From assembly GCA_963695335.1 (NCBI GenBank), contig OY968764.1:448001-512000 (forward strand): a DNA stretch of 64,000 bases, given 5' to 3'. This DNA comes from an uncultured bacterium. GTDB lineage: Bacteria > Babelota > Babeliae > Babelales > Vermiphilaceae. The position numbers and the translations under genes were made by a program. Shown here in pieces: positions 51,878 through 62,390 of the stretch; the first letter of the stretch is position 1; every line of letters begins with the position of its first letter. Below the pieces are notes generated by a model. The model saw only the letters and a list, made by a program, of their open reading frames with translations, ran no database searches and was not told the origin of the DNA.

Positions 51878-51976
51878 TCATTGTATATTTAACTCCGCAA
51901 ATAGCGTCTGTATCATGCTTAATGAGTATTTTATAGGGGCTGTTTGGTTCAGGAGAGCATGGTGAAGGGGATGCCA
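51878..51976 (-). other. attR with the native recombinase C-terminal tail
   Basis: In the recombinase frame from the shared WHP: WHPLHHALLNQTAPIKYSLSMIQTLFAELNIQ*. Confidence 0.8.
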
Positions 51977-52030
51977 GTCTTCGCTCTAGCGAGCTTCGTA
52001 TGGCAAGCCAATCTTCGCAAATGATTGATA

Positions 52031-52277
52031 TTAAAAATTAAAAGAGCTGTTTTAACAACGGCTCTTTTTTTTTTGTTTTAAATCGATCTATTCGTTACTT
52101 TTTATGTTTTGACCTATAAAATTCTATTGTGAAATATTGTTAAATTATAAAAATATTTATAAAACCATTGTTTTCTACCCCCCCCCATCTGATATTGTTA
52201 TAATTGAAATAAATATTGTTAGTTTTTCAAAAAAGGAGAGTTTTCATGAAGAAGTTATGTTTATTGTCAGGAATGAT
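52031..52277 (+). repeat. About 250-bp direct repeat, copy 1 (terminator, promoter, RBS, gene start)
   Basis: Aligns with 55220-55462; contains a C9 tract. Confidence 0.85.
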
Positions 52278-52824
52278 GGTTTTTGTTGTGGCAGGTGTTA
52301 ATGCGGCACAAAACTTGACAGATGAACAACGTCAAAAATTGGAACAAGTGCAATGGGGAAAAATTAGACAACAACACGAATTGGCACGTCCTGCAACCTA
52401 TAAGATGTTAGATCCATTAGTACAGCAAAGCAACTGGCCTGCTGTTTTTCATATTCTTGATCAAATGCAAGGGGTTATAAGTGTTAATGAGTATCGATAC
52501 CATGGGGATACACTGCTTACTTTCGCGGTAGGTACAAAAAATATTTCAGCAGCAAAAACATTACTTGAAAAATATAAAGCTAATCCTAATGTAACATCTT
52601 TATCATTTTCAGGTCTTGGATTGTCACCATTGATGCAGGCTTGTATAACGGGAGACCTTGCCATGGTTAAATTATTACTTAGCTATAAAGCTAATCCTTT
52701 TTTAATGAGATCAGGAGAGGGAATAACACCAGGAAGTACCGCGTTGTTCTATGCTAAATATTATAACTATCCTGAAATTGTAAAATTGTTGGAAAAATAT
52801 ACACGTCCTGCAAAAGATGCATAA
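52246..52824 (+). CDS. Secreted ankyrin-repeat protein
   Basis: Signal peptide; GDTLLTFAV, GLSPLMQAC, GSTALFYA. Confidence 0.85.
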   Translation: MKKLCLLSGMMVFVVAGVNAAQNLTDEQRQKLEQVQWGKIRQQHELARPATYKMLDPLVQQSNWPAVFHILDQMQGVISVNEYRYHGDTLLTFAVGTKNISAAKTLLEKYKANPNVTSLSFSGLGLSPLMQACITGDLAMVKLLLSYKANPFLMRSGEGITPGSTALFYAKYYNYPEIVKLLEKYTRPAKDA

Positions 52825-52839
52825 ATTATAAAAATAAAT

Positions 52840-53026
52840 GAGATCCCTTCTCTTGTTGTAGTTTTAAATTCTTCTAAACAATCTTTAATAATTTTAAACG
52901 AATTAGATGGCATGGGTTGTTGGGGAATGCTAGCATCTTTTATGTCAGCAATTAAGCGATACCAGCTGCGTTTATTGTAAGCACCAAACATGGTACGTAA
53001 TTCTCAGATGCTTATTGTTCCAATGC
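52840..53026 (-). pseudogene. 3' remnant of a second rep gene
   Basis: GAYNKRSWYRLIADIK...SNSFKIIKDCLEEF matches the C-terminus of 49277-50434. Confidence 0.85.
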
Positions 53027-53289
53027 TATTTATGTTTTGCTTCAAGTTTTAATTGTAATCCCATGGCATTAATAATTGTACGAAAATCATGCCAACGTAG
53101 ATTCTTTTTAGAAAGCATTTTATAGATGTTTTGGTTGTCTACATTTTGTGCGTTAAGAACATGCTTTAAGGCAAGACGAATAGTTTCTTGATTTTCATCC
53201 ATAAGAGTAGCATTAAGGCATGCAAGTGCTTCTTCAGGATCTTGGAGTGCTTTGAGTAAACTTTCTTCGTGATCGATTGTTCTTTTCAT
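53026..53289 (-). CDS. Orphan addiction-module antidote (HTH), apparently internally shortened
   Basis: LQDPEEALACLN...LALKHV...NIYKMLS...IINAMGLQL; ATGA overlap with upstream gene. Confidence 0.75.
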   Translation of the reverse strand: MKRTIDHEESLLKALQDPEEALACLNATLMDENQETIRLALKHVLNAQNVDNQNIYKMLSKKNLRWHDFRTIINAMGLQLKLEAKHK

Positions 53290-53711
53290 TTTTCTTGTGT
53301 ATTTAAAGCATTATATTTTTGAAGAGCTAACTTTTTAATTTCTGCAATTTCATCTTCAGTAAAACGTTCTTTGAGATATCTTTGGAAAGTTTTTCTGTTC
53401 AGAGTTTTTTTTGCTATGACCATTTCAATAGCAGTGAGTTCAACTTCTTCTAAAATACCTCGATCTTTTAAAAAATCATCAAAGTTAGAGCCAATATACT
53501 TATTTTTTGTCATTATATTTTGTATCTTTTGTGATTGGATAATAGTTGGAGATACTTTTGCTATTTTTGCGAGTTTTTTTACTGATACATTATCTTTGGC
53601 TATAGCAGCAAGAATTAACTCGGATAATGCGAATATTCTATATTCTTCATTAAATTTTTTGCATTCTTCTGGACTCAATGATTCGATGAATGTATCAAAT
53701 GTTGATTTCAT
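53286..53711 (-). CDS. Chimeric protein of three antitoxin N-terminal segments
   Basis: Residues 2-59 match antitoxin 51072-51401; middle GSNFDDFL..GILEEV; last part resembles the N-terminus of 53708-54013. Confidence 0.75.
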   Translation of the reverse strand: MKSTFDTFIESLSPEECKKFNEEYRIFALSELILAAIAKDNVSVKKLAKIAKVSPTIIQSQKIQNIMTKNKYIGSNFDDFLKDRGILEEVELTAIEMVIAKKTLNRKTFQRYLKERFTEDEIAEIKKLALQKYNALNTQEK

Positions 53712-54013
53712 TTTTTGAAGATATCTTTTGGCTCTTTATCCATAAGAGCTAGAAAGTGAGCAAAGCTTGCAAGTGTTAAGTTTGCTTGGCCACGTTGTAT
53801 TTTGGAGGCTTGAGATGGGCTTGTGGATAAGCGACGAACAACTTCGTTAAAACCAACCTTATTTTTTTTCATATATTCTGCCATAGTATCAGAAAGTATT
53901 TTTTGAATTGATCTGAGAATATCAACTTCAAGTTGTGCTTTGCGCTCAATTTCAGCAATTTGTTCTTTAGTGAGTCTTTTCTCTACGATGTCATAAAAGC
54001 TTTTTGTTTTCAT
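53708..54013 (-). CDS. Xre-HTH antitoxin
   Basis: VGFNEVVRRLSTSPSQASKIQRGQANLTL HTH; directly after the toxin gene. Confidence 0.82.
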   Translation of the reverse strand: MKTKSFYDIVEKRLTKEQIAEIERKAQLEVDILRSIQKILSDTMAEYMKKNKVGFNEVVRRLSTSPSQASKIQRGQANLTLASFAHFLALMDKEPKDIFKK

Positions 54014-54014
54014 A

Positions 54015-54338
54015 TTATTTTTCCTCTGATAAGCGTTTATATGCAGTTTTAATATCTTTTTCCTGTGACTTTTTATCACCAGCAGCAAGTAGAATAATTA
54101 ATTGATTTTCCTTAAAGCAATAATATAGTCGGTATCCAAATTGTCGTTCACGTAATTCAAAGAGTCCTTTACCTAATGCACGACTATGAGGAAGTTTTAA
54201 TTCATTGCCTAATTTTTCTAACATGCGTAATTCTTGGGAGATAGATTCAAATTGTTCAATGGTTAACTTATAGATCCATTTTTCAAGGGGGCTTTTTCCG
54301 CTTTCATTAACCCAATATTCTATATTCCATTTTTTCAA
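54015..54338 (-). CDS. RelE/ParE (HigB/Gp49-like) toxin
   Basis: PHSRALGKGLFELRE...YRLYY...LLAAGDKKSQEKDIKTA. Confidence 0.9.
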   Translation of the reverse strand: MKKWNIEYWVNESGKSPLEKWIYKLTIEQFESISQELRMLEKLGNELKLPHSRALGKGLFELRERQFGYRLYYCFKENQLIILLAAGDKKSQEKDIKTAYKRLSEEK

Positions 54339-54423
54339 AGCTTCACTCCTACAAATAATAGTACTACTATAAAAGATAGTATAATAAGCGATGTTATGTC
54401 AATGCTAAACTTAATAAGTTACT

Positions 54424-54546
54424 TTATATAATGGAGTTTGTTTGCTCATTCGTTAACCATATCTTAAATTCCGTAAAGAGCGTCTGCATCATGCTTAATG
54501 GGTACTTGAAGGGGGCTGTTTGGTTCAGGAGAACATGGTGAAAAGG
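54424..54546 (-). other. Second orphan recombinase tail (att arm) of a decayed sibling element
   Basis: PFHHVLLNQTAPFKYPLSMMQTLFTE..., 20/26 identical to the 51878-51976 tail. Confidence 0.75.
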
Positions 54547-54629
54547 GAAGGCTTGAGTTGCTGTTGTGAGAAATGGGGTATGTGGTATACTGATTAATAG
54601 AAATTAACTTTTTAAATTAGGGATAATTT

Positions 54630-55202
54630 ATGAAAAAAATATTTTTTATAGCAGTCTTTATGGTTGTGGGACTATTTCTAGAAGTTGGCGCCAGTCCTGC
54701 GCGTCTTAATGCTAAGGAAGCGCAGAATATACTCAATAGAATTGAATCTGAAGCTCAATCTCATGCTTGGGAGCCTACAGGCCCTACTGCAGAAGATATC
54801 CGAGCAGCTACTAAAGTTGAAAAGTTAGCGGTTAAGGGAAGTATAGAAGATAAACTTATAAGTGCTGTGAAGAATGGTGATCTTAAAAGTGTTGAAACTT
54901 TCATTGTTGCGGGCGCAAATCTTGAAGCTAGAGATAATCAGGATATGACTGCTCTTATGATAGCTGCAGACAGAGGTTATTCTGATATTGCTAGAGCTCT
55001 TATAGATGCAGGCGCTGATATTAACGCTCAGGATAAGTTCGGTTGTACAGCGCTTTTTAAGGCTGCAGACAAAAACCATGTTGGTATTGTAAAAATGCTT
55101 GTAGCTAAGGGAGCTGTAGATAATAGTTTTGAAGATATGTTGATGCGTGCTACATTTCAAGGTAATGCAGAAATGGTGAAAGCTCTTAATAAAGAAGCTT
55201 AA
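54630..55202 (+). CDS. Secreted ankyrin-repeat protein
   Basis: Signal peptide; MTALMIAA, GCTALFKAA. Confidence 0.88.
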   Translation: MKKIFFIAVFMVVGLFLEVGASPARLNAKEAQNILNRIESEAQSHAWEPTGPTAEDIRAATKVEKLAVKGSIEDKLISAVKNGDLKSVETFIVAGANLEARDNQDMTALMIAADRGYSDIARALIDAGADINAQDKFGCTALFKAADKNHVGIVKMLVAKGAVDNSFEDMLMRATFQGNAEMVKALNKEA

Positions 55203-55219
55203 TAGTTTTATAAAAATAG

Positions 55220-55462
55220 TTAAAAATTAAAAGAGTCGTTTAAAACGGCTCTTTTTTTTGTTTTAAATCGATCCATTCGTCTTTTTCCATATTTTGACTA
55301 TAAAAATTCTATTGTAAAATATTGTAAAATTATAAAAATATTTATAAAACTATTGTTTTCTACCCCCCCCCCACCTGATATTGTTATAATTGAAATAAAT
55401 ATTGTTAATTCTCAAAAGAGGAGTATTTTTATGAAAAAGTTATGTTTACTATCAGGAATGAT
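55220..55462 (+). repeat. About 250-bp direct repeat, copy 2
   Basis: Aligns with 52031-52277; contains a C10 tract. Confidence 0.85.
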
Positions 55463-56048
55463 AGCTTTGGTTGCGGTTGCACATATTAATGGAGATGTTA
55501 CTTATCCTGGAAATTTAAAAGAAAAGCATATTCAGAGAATAGAAGATGTGCAAAGAGAGAAAATTAAACGTCAAAAACAGTTAGCACGTCCACCAATATA
55601 TAGAATGGTTGATGCTTTGATTAAAGAAGAATATGCATCGTGGCATTACGATGATAATGGACAATGGGTTGAAGCACCGGCAAAAATTGTTGTAGATTGG
55701 CCAGCCGTTTTTAGAATTTTAGATTCAATGCCTGGGGTTATCGATGTTAATGAATATGCAACTTATGAGAATCAGGATCCTTTACTTTGGGTTGCAGTAG
55801 AACAAAAAAATTTCTTAGCAGCTAAAACATTACTCGAAAAATATCATGCTGATCCTAATTTTGGCAAATGTACGGGAGAGCATGGAAAAAATGAGAAATG
55901 TAATATGAACGATTCTCTTTTGATGTTAGCGCGTGAAAAAGGAGATGTTCAAATGGGTATATTATTAACACAGCATGGCGCTCATCCGATTACGATGAAA
56001 CAAATAGGCATTGATAAAGGTTGGACTAATCCGAGTAACCGTGAATGA
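55431..56048 (+). CDS. Secreted ankyrin-like protein, paralog of 52246-52824
   Basis: Shared MKKLCLLSGM, WPAVF.ILD.M.GVI.VNEY, AAKTLLEKY.A.PN. Confidence 0.82.
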   Translation: MKKLCLLSGMIALVAVAHINGDVTYPGNLKEKHIQRIEDVQREKIKRQKQLARPPIYRMVDALIKEEYASWHYDDNGQWVEAPAKIVVDWPAVFRILDSMPGVIDVNEYATYENQDPLLWVAVEQKNFLAAKTLLEKYHADPNFGKCTGEHGKNEKCNMNDSLLMLAREKGDVQMGILLTQHGAHPITMKQIGIDKGWTNPSNRE

Positions 56049-56090
56049 TGTAGTTTGAAAAAGAAATTAAGACAAAGTAATTTTAGTTAG

Positions 56091-56127
56091 AATCCCTTTT
56101 TATGATAATTCATAAGAAGGGATTTTT
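56091..56127 (+). terminator. Intrinsic terminator
   Basis: AATCCCTTTTTATGA-TAAT-TCATAAGAAGGGATT followed by a T-run. Confidence 0.72.
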
Positions 56128-56275
56128 GCATTCTTCTGAACTTAATGACTCGATGAAGTTATCGAATGTTGATTTAGTTTTTTTATTCATACTACTATTG
56201 TATAGTTATTTTGTTATTTGCATAATTTTTGAAAAAAGAACTGATGAGTCATAAGAACAATCCAAGGAGGATAGT

Positions 56276-58888
56276 ATGAATGGCCAATTATTTACCGATT
56301 CCGTGCAAGATTTACTCAATCAAGCTGCCAGTATTGCTAACCATTATGATCATGCATCTCTAAAGCCAATTCATACACTTGGAGCCTGTCTTAACAATGA
56401 TTTTTGTCTTTCATTTTTTAATGTTTTTGATATTCCCGTTATACAGCTTCAACAATTGGTTGAACACGAACTGCATTCACTACCACGCGCTTATGGTGCA
56501 CAAATTGCTATAGATAAATCTTTACAGGAATTTTTACAAGCATGCAAAGAAGAGGCAGAAAGCTTGGGTGATCAATATATCAGCCTTGAGCATCTTTTTT
56601 TGCAATGGGTTACCACCAAACATCTACCAGCATCTATCCGTTCTTTTTTTGCTGAGTACGGTTTGACTAAAAAAGAAATTCTTAAGCAGATGGAAAATAT
56701 TCGTCGTGGAAGAACTGCTGATAATGAAAATGCAGAAAATCGATATGAAATTTTAGAAAAATATTGCCAAAATATTACTGCTCAAGCACGTGCTGGCAAG
56801 CTTGATCCGGTTATTGGCCGACATGAAGAAATCAGAAGAGTAATACAGATACTTTCTCGAAGAACAAAAAATAATCCGGTTTTAGTTGGTGAACCAGGCG
56901 TGGGAAAAACAGCAATTGTAGAAGGAATCGCTCAACGTATTATCAATGATGACGTACCTGAAGGGTTACGCAATAAAACTATTTATTCTCTTGATTTGGG
57001 ACTGCTGATAGCGGGCGCAAAGTATCAGGGTGAATTTGAAAACCGTCTTAAAGGTTTGTTAAAAGAAATAGAAGAGAGTCGAGAAAATATCATTCTTTTT
57101 ATTGATGAATTGCATATGCTTATTGGTGCTGGAGCTTCTGCAGGAGGTGGAATGGATGCATCAAACTTGCTCAAACCTGCTCTTGCTCGTGGTGCACTTC
57201 ATTGCATTGGTGCCACAACACTTGCCGAATATAAAAAATATATAGAAAAAGATGCTGCACTTGAGCGTAGATTTCAAAAAGTATTCATTGAAGAACCTTC
57301 GGTAGAAGATACTATTTCAATTTTGCGCGGGTTACGAGAAAAATATGAACTGCATCATGGCATACGTATTAAAGATCAGGCGCTTGTTGATGCGGCAGTT
57401 CTTTCTAATAAATATATTCCAGACAGATTTTTGCCAGATAAAGCAATAGATTTAATTGATGAAGCAGCATCCATGGTTAAAATGTCTATTGATTCACAAC
57501 CAGAAGAAATAGATAAACTTGACCGCAAAATCAGGCAATTGGAAATCGAAAAATTAGCCCTAAAAAAAGAGACTGGTAGTGCTATAGAAGTACGTTTAAC
57601 TGATTTGGAAAAAGAGCTTGCTGAACTGAAAGAAAAGCATAAAACTCTTTATAATCAATGGCAGATACAAAAAGCACCCCTCGAAAAAATCAATAAGTTA
57701 AAAGAAGAAATTGAAGAAGCAAAAGTAGCTTATCAAGCAGCAGAACGTAGAGATGATTATGCAAAAGCATCTGAAATAAAATATGGAAAACTTGATGCAC
57801 TAGAAAAAAAATTAGTTACAGAACAAAATAAATTAAAAAATATAGACACGACTTTGGTTAAACAAGAAGTTGACGAGCATGACATTGCAATGGTACTTTC
57901 TCGCTGGACAAAAATACCGGTAGAGAAGCTTACTTCATCTGAAACACAAAAACTTTTAAGTATGGAAACTTTATTAAAAAATAAAGTTATTGGCCAAGAT
58001 GAAGCCTTACAAAAAGTTGCTCATGCCATTCAGGTACACAGAGCTGGTTTGGCTGATCCGAACAAACCGATTGGCTCATTTTTATTTTTAGGACCAACTG
58101 GTGTTGGTAAAACAGAAGTTGCCAGAACATTGGCAGACTTTTTATTTAATGATCCTCAAAAAATGATACGCATTGATATGTCTGAGTACATGGAAAAACA
58201 TTCAGTTGCTCGTTTAATTGGTGCACCTCCAGGTTATGTAGGGTATGAAGAAGGTGGTCAACTCACTGAGCAGGTCCGTCGGCATCCTTATAGCGTTGTA
58301 CTTTTTGATGAAATAGAAAAAGCACATCCTGATGTATTTAACATTTTTTTACAAATTCTTGATGAAGGTAAATTAACAGATGGTCAAGGCAGAACAGTTT
58401 CATTCAAAAATTGCATCATTATTATGACGTCTAATATTGGTTCAGACTTACTCCTTGCAAGCACAACCATTGATGATAAGGTTAAATCAGAAATAGATAA
58501 ATTACTGCATGTGCGATTTAAACCAGAATTTTTAAACAGAATTGATGCTATTATTTTCTTTAAAGCGCTTGATTTGGCTGATGTTGAAAAAATAGCGAGC
58601 ATTCAAATAAAAGAGTTGGAAAAAAAGCTTGCTGCAAAAAACATCAAGGCAACCGTTACGGATAAACTCATTAAAACTGTGGCTGAGCGAGGATATAGTA
58701 AAGAGTTTGGTGCACGCCCACTCAAAAGGGAAATACATAACTTTATTTATGTCCCTGTATCGCATTTTTTATTACAAAATCCAGATATTAAAACGGTTAA
58801 GCTTGATGCATCCAATGGAGTATTAGAAATTTTTAGTGAAGATGTAACTGTACAAAAAAGAGCTAAAAAAAATAAAATGGAAGAATGA
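56276..58888 (+). CDS. clpB: ATP-dependent chaperone ClpB
   Basis: Two AAA modules ([16 protein letters not shown]); long coiled-coil middle domain; 870 aa. Confidence 0.95.
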   Translation: MNGQLFTDSVQDLLNQAASIANHYDHASLKPIHTLGACLNNDFCLSFFNVFDIPVIQLQQLVEHELHSLPRAYGAQIAIDKSLQEFLQACKEEAESLGDQYISLEHLFLQWVTTKHLPASIRSFFAEYGLTKKEILKQMENIRRGRTADNENAENRYEILEKYCQNITAQARAGKLDPVIGRHEEIRRVIQILSRRTKNNPVLVGEPGVGKTAIVEGIAQRIINDDVPEGLRNKTIYSLDLGLLIAGAKYQGEFENRLKGLLKEIEESRENIILFIDELHMLIGAGASAGGGMDASNLLKPALARGALHCIGATTLAEYKKYIEKDAALERRFQKVFIEEPSVEDTISILRGLREKYELHHGIRIKDQALVDAAVLSNKYIPDRFLPDKAIDLIDEAASMVKMSIDSQPEEIDKLDRKIRQLEIEKLALKKETGSAIEVRLTDLEKELAELKEKHKTLYNQWQIQKAPLEKINKLKEEIEEAKVAYQAAERRDDYAKASEIKYGKLDALEKKLVTEQNKLKNIDTTLVKQEVDEHDIAMVLSRWTKIPVEKLTSSETQKLLSMETLLKNKVIGQDEALQKVAHAIQVHRAGLADPNKPIGSFLFLGPTGVGKTEVARTLADFLFNDPQKMIRIDMSEYMEKHSVARLIGAPPGYVGYEEGGQLTEQVRRHPYSVVLFDEIEKAHPDVFNIFLQILDEGKLTDGQGRTVSFKNCIIIMTSNIGSDLLLASTTIDDKVKSEIDKLLHVRFKPEFLNRIDAIIFFKALDLADVEKIASIQIKELEKKLAAKNIKATVTDKLIKTVAERGYSKEFGARPLKREIHNFIYVPVSHFLLQNPDIKTVKLDASNGVLEIFSEDVTVQKRAKKNKMEE

Positions 58889-58910
58889 TCCAATTAAAAG
58901 AACAGGTTAT

Positions 58911-59762
58911 ATGATCAATGCATGTTTATTTAAAAAACTTTTCTTATATTTCTTTTTGTTTTTATCCATCCAATCTGTTTGTACAATTTCTTTAAAAGAA
59001 CAGCTCAGTCAGGTTGGCTATGTAGAAATATGTGATAAAAATCATGGAGCTGCAGCGTTTGATTCTTTGTATGCATGTTTTGATGAACTCATAACATTTC
59101 TGCAAACAAATCCAGCATGGGCTCAAAAATTATATATCGCAAAAGAACGTTTTATCCGCTCAGAAGACAGGAATTATTATTCGACTGATTTTTTTGGTTT
59201 CTACGACGAATCAGAAAGAGAAGGGAGAAATCAGATCTCTTTTTATTATTCAACTCATTTTCAAGAATTTATTTTTTCTCATTACCCAGAATTCAAGCAA
59301 GTTCCGCACATTGTTACTTTTTTTCAGATGTGCTTTGATCTGCAACAATCAAGTAGAAATGTATGTAATGAAGTGGCAGCGCAGTTAGAATTAGAAAATA
59401 TTTTTCTTTCAAAACAGAGCAATCCCCCTATCCTTTTAAAAGTAGTAAAATATTTTCCTTCTTATAATCCTGTGCGGCCTCATTACGATGGAACTGCGTT
59501 TTCTCTGTTTCTTGATAGCACTGACAATCAATCACTATTTCTTTCTCCTTATAAGTCTGAATTCACCGTTGATGATTTTTTTACCCCTTTAAGAGAATTT
59601 TCTCGATTAGATAATCAAAATTCTATCTTACTCATTCCCGGAACATTGTTAACAGAATTTTCTCTCTATCCAACTCCTCACATTGTTGAGCGAAGTGGAA
59701 AAATTCGATATGCAACAATTGCATTTGCTATGAGGCCTAATTACACATCTGCACAAAAATAG
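58911..59762 (+). CDS. 2OG-Fe(II) oxygenase-fold protein
   Basis: PHYD...PTPH...IRYA facial-triad pattern. Confidence 0.7.
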   Translation: MINACLFKKLFLYFFLFLSIQSVCTISLKEQLSQVGYVEICDKNHGAAAFDSLYACFDELITFLQTNPAWAQKLYIAKERFIRSEDRNYYSTDFFGFYDESEREGRNQISFYYSTHFQEFIFSHYPEFKQVPHIVTFFQMCFDLQQSSRNVCNEVAAQLELENIFLSKQSNPPILLKVVKYFPSYNPVRPHYDGTAFSLFLDSTDNQSLFLSPYKSEFTVDDFFTPLREFSRLDNQNSILLIPGTLLTEFSLYPTPHIVERSGKIRYATIAFAMRPNYTSAQK

Positions 59763-59863
59763 TTTTTCGCTTTTGCCAAATTTTAAACATTGAATTTTTT
59801 TTATAAACAATATCATGATGAAACATAATTGTAGTGTGGAAACGCAGTAATAGAGGATGTGCT

Positions 59864-62363
59864 ATGTTCAAATTGCGGTATCGGTATTTGATTTTTTTAC
59901 TTTTTTATCATTCCTTGCAAGCATTAACAACGCTTAATGTAACATTAGATTCAGACAATAATCCGGGTGGCAGGTGAGATTGGTGATTTGAGATATGCTT
60001 GAATACAATGAATCAAGGTCTTAACTCAATACCCGATGATTATGCGATTGTTTTTGACTTTCCAATGACGATTCAACTCAATGGAATCTTGCCGATTATT
60101 AACAATTCCTCAAATCCTGTGAATATCACCATTGGTAATACAGGCTCAACTCCTACCGTTACAATTGATGGTAATAGTGGTGCTTACAGTGGATTTTTTA
60201 TCCCAACGGGAAATGTGACGATTCAAAACATGATCTTTCAAAACCTGAGCGCACAAGGTGGTAATGGTGGAGACGGAATTTCAGGCGGTGGTGGTGGAAT
60301 GGGTGCTGGAGGGGCCATTTACGCACCTCAATTCTTTTTAAATGGCTCAAATCCTTCAATCACTTTGATGAATGTATTGATAAATGAATGTTCTGCTGTT
60401 GGTGGAAATGGAGGAAGTTATATAGGTCTTTCTTCCACTGGTAATGAAGGTGGCGGAGGTGGCGGAGGTTTTAGCGGAAATGGTGGTTCTATTACTACCA
60501 CGGGAAGCACTGGAGGGGGTGGCGGAGGTGGCTTTGGTGGAGATGGTGGAGATGTTACTCTTTCGACCGATGATTTGGGGGGCGGCGGAGGTGGTGGCGG
60601 TGGAATAGGATCCCGCGCTACCATAGGCACACTCACGAATCTGGGCAACGGAGGCTCGGATCAGAATATCGGTTTGGATGGAAATGGTTATGGTCTTTCA
60701 ATTACTGCTGGTTCAGGTGCCGGAGGGAATTCTGGAGGGAACATGGCAGGAGGAGGCGGTGGCGGCACCACGGGAGGTGGCGGAGGGGGAAGTAATGGAT
60801 CTGATGGGTTTCAACCGCAAGGTAGTTTAGCACCAGGAGGCAGTGCTGTACCTTCTGGAGGCAATGGAGGAGACGGCGGTGGAGGAGGCGGCGGTGGCGT
60901 TGTTGTAACATCGTTTACAAATGGAGTAGATGGACAAGCAGGTAGTGGTGGCTATGGCGGCGGCGGCGGTGGTGGGGCTGGTACGGGTGCTTATGATGCT
61001 TCTTATACAGTACAAGGTGGATCTGGTGGAGTTGGCGGAGGTGGCGGTGGCGGAGGAGTGAATCAATCCGGTACGACGCCTGCATGAGGTGGTAATTCTC
61101 TTGGTGGAGGTGGCGGCGCAGGTGGTGGACCATCTAATGGTATCACTGCTTGGGTGGAAATGATATAGGAAATCTTGGTGGAGGATCAGGAGGAATGGGC
61201 GCAAATAACTATGGAGCAGGTTTTGGTGGTGGAGGCGGTGGCGGAGGAAGTGGTCTGGGCGGAGCTATATTTGTGGATAGCGGTTTGAATTTCACCATAC
61301 AAGCATTCTCTGGAATTCCAACCACGTTCAATACACCAAATAATACAACACAAGCAGGAACTCATGGAACTGGTGGCCCTGGAGCTCAAGATGGTCTAGA
61401 TGGATCAGCACTTGGGAATAGTATTTTCCTGCGCTCTGGATCTTCTTTAACATTCATGGCGCAAGATGTTGATGATCTTTTAACACTTGGTGATCAAGTT
61501 GCGTTTATTGATGATACAAGTTTTGGTGGGCAAGGAACGAGTGTCTTTGTAGGAGGAAATGGAACTGTTATTTACAATGGAACAACAGATTATCCAGGAA
61601 CCATTACTATCAACAATGCGAATTTCAAAGTGAATGGGTTGATCGATGCAGCATCTATTTTTGTCTGTAGAAACATTGGTTTTAGTGCGCAAAGAGGTAC
61701 TCTCAGTGGGAGTGGAACATTAACTGGAAATGTTTTTGTAAATTCCGGAACAATCTCTCCAGATACAGGGCAAGCACTCACGCTTGGAAGTTTGACTCTC
61801 AATTCAGCAGATCCAATTAACAACACTCTTGGAAGCCTTGTGCATATTGAAATTGATGCAAACAGAGGCACATCTTTATTGATGTTACCGGGCCTGCATC
61901 ATTAGCGGGTACATTAGAAATTGAATTAGACCCAAATGCTCAGCCTGGAACGTATACTATTCTGAATTCATCTGGTATTACAGGAACCTTTGATACCGTT
62001 ACATTTACAGGAACAGTTCCTAATTATACGCTTTCTTATCTGCCAGTTGGAAATCCTACCTTTGTGCAATTTGATTTCTTAGGTTACCCAAACCCTAATC
62101 CTTTGCATAAAAAGAAGTTCCGCGAAACGCTTGCAGCGTATCATCAAGCATATCTGTTTGAAAAGGTTGTTGCAGCTATTGGAAAACATGAAAATAAAGA
62201 TGAAAAACGTTTACGTAAAAAAGAAGCAAAACGGTTGGAACATTATAAGCAGCTTCATCCTTATAGTCACTATGTAAAAAAGCATTTCAAATGGCTCAAG
62301 AAGTTTAAGCATAAAGAAGTTCCGCATATTGTTCACTTGATTAAAAAAGGTGAAGCGGCATAA
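59864..62363 (+). pseudogene. Gly-rich autotransporter-passenger-like surface protein, multiply frameshifted
   Basis: Signal peptide at 59864; GGAIY and GLGGAIF motifs; poly-Gly; frame breaks near 59970-59998, 61083, 61150 and 61878. Confidence 0.75.
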
Positions 62364-62390
62364 GTTTCGTTGTTATATTTTGTTGAGATA

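Larger units (their letters stand above)
46308..51976. mobile_element. 5.7-kb integrative element (serine recombinase, cargo, Rep, TA)
   Basis: Direct repeat GGGGATGCCA at 46308-46317 (tRNA 3' end) and 51967-51976. Confidence 0.88.

Noticed and set aside
46308..54546. Prophage or ICE
   Set aside because: No capsid, terminase, tail, Zot-like ATPase, relaxase or T4SS genes visible
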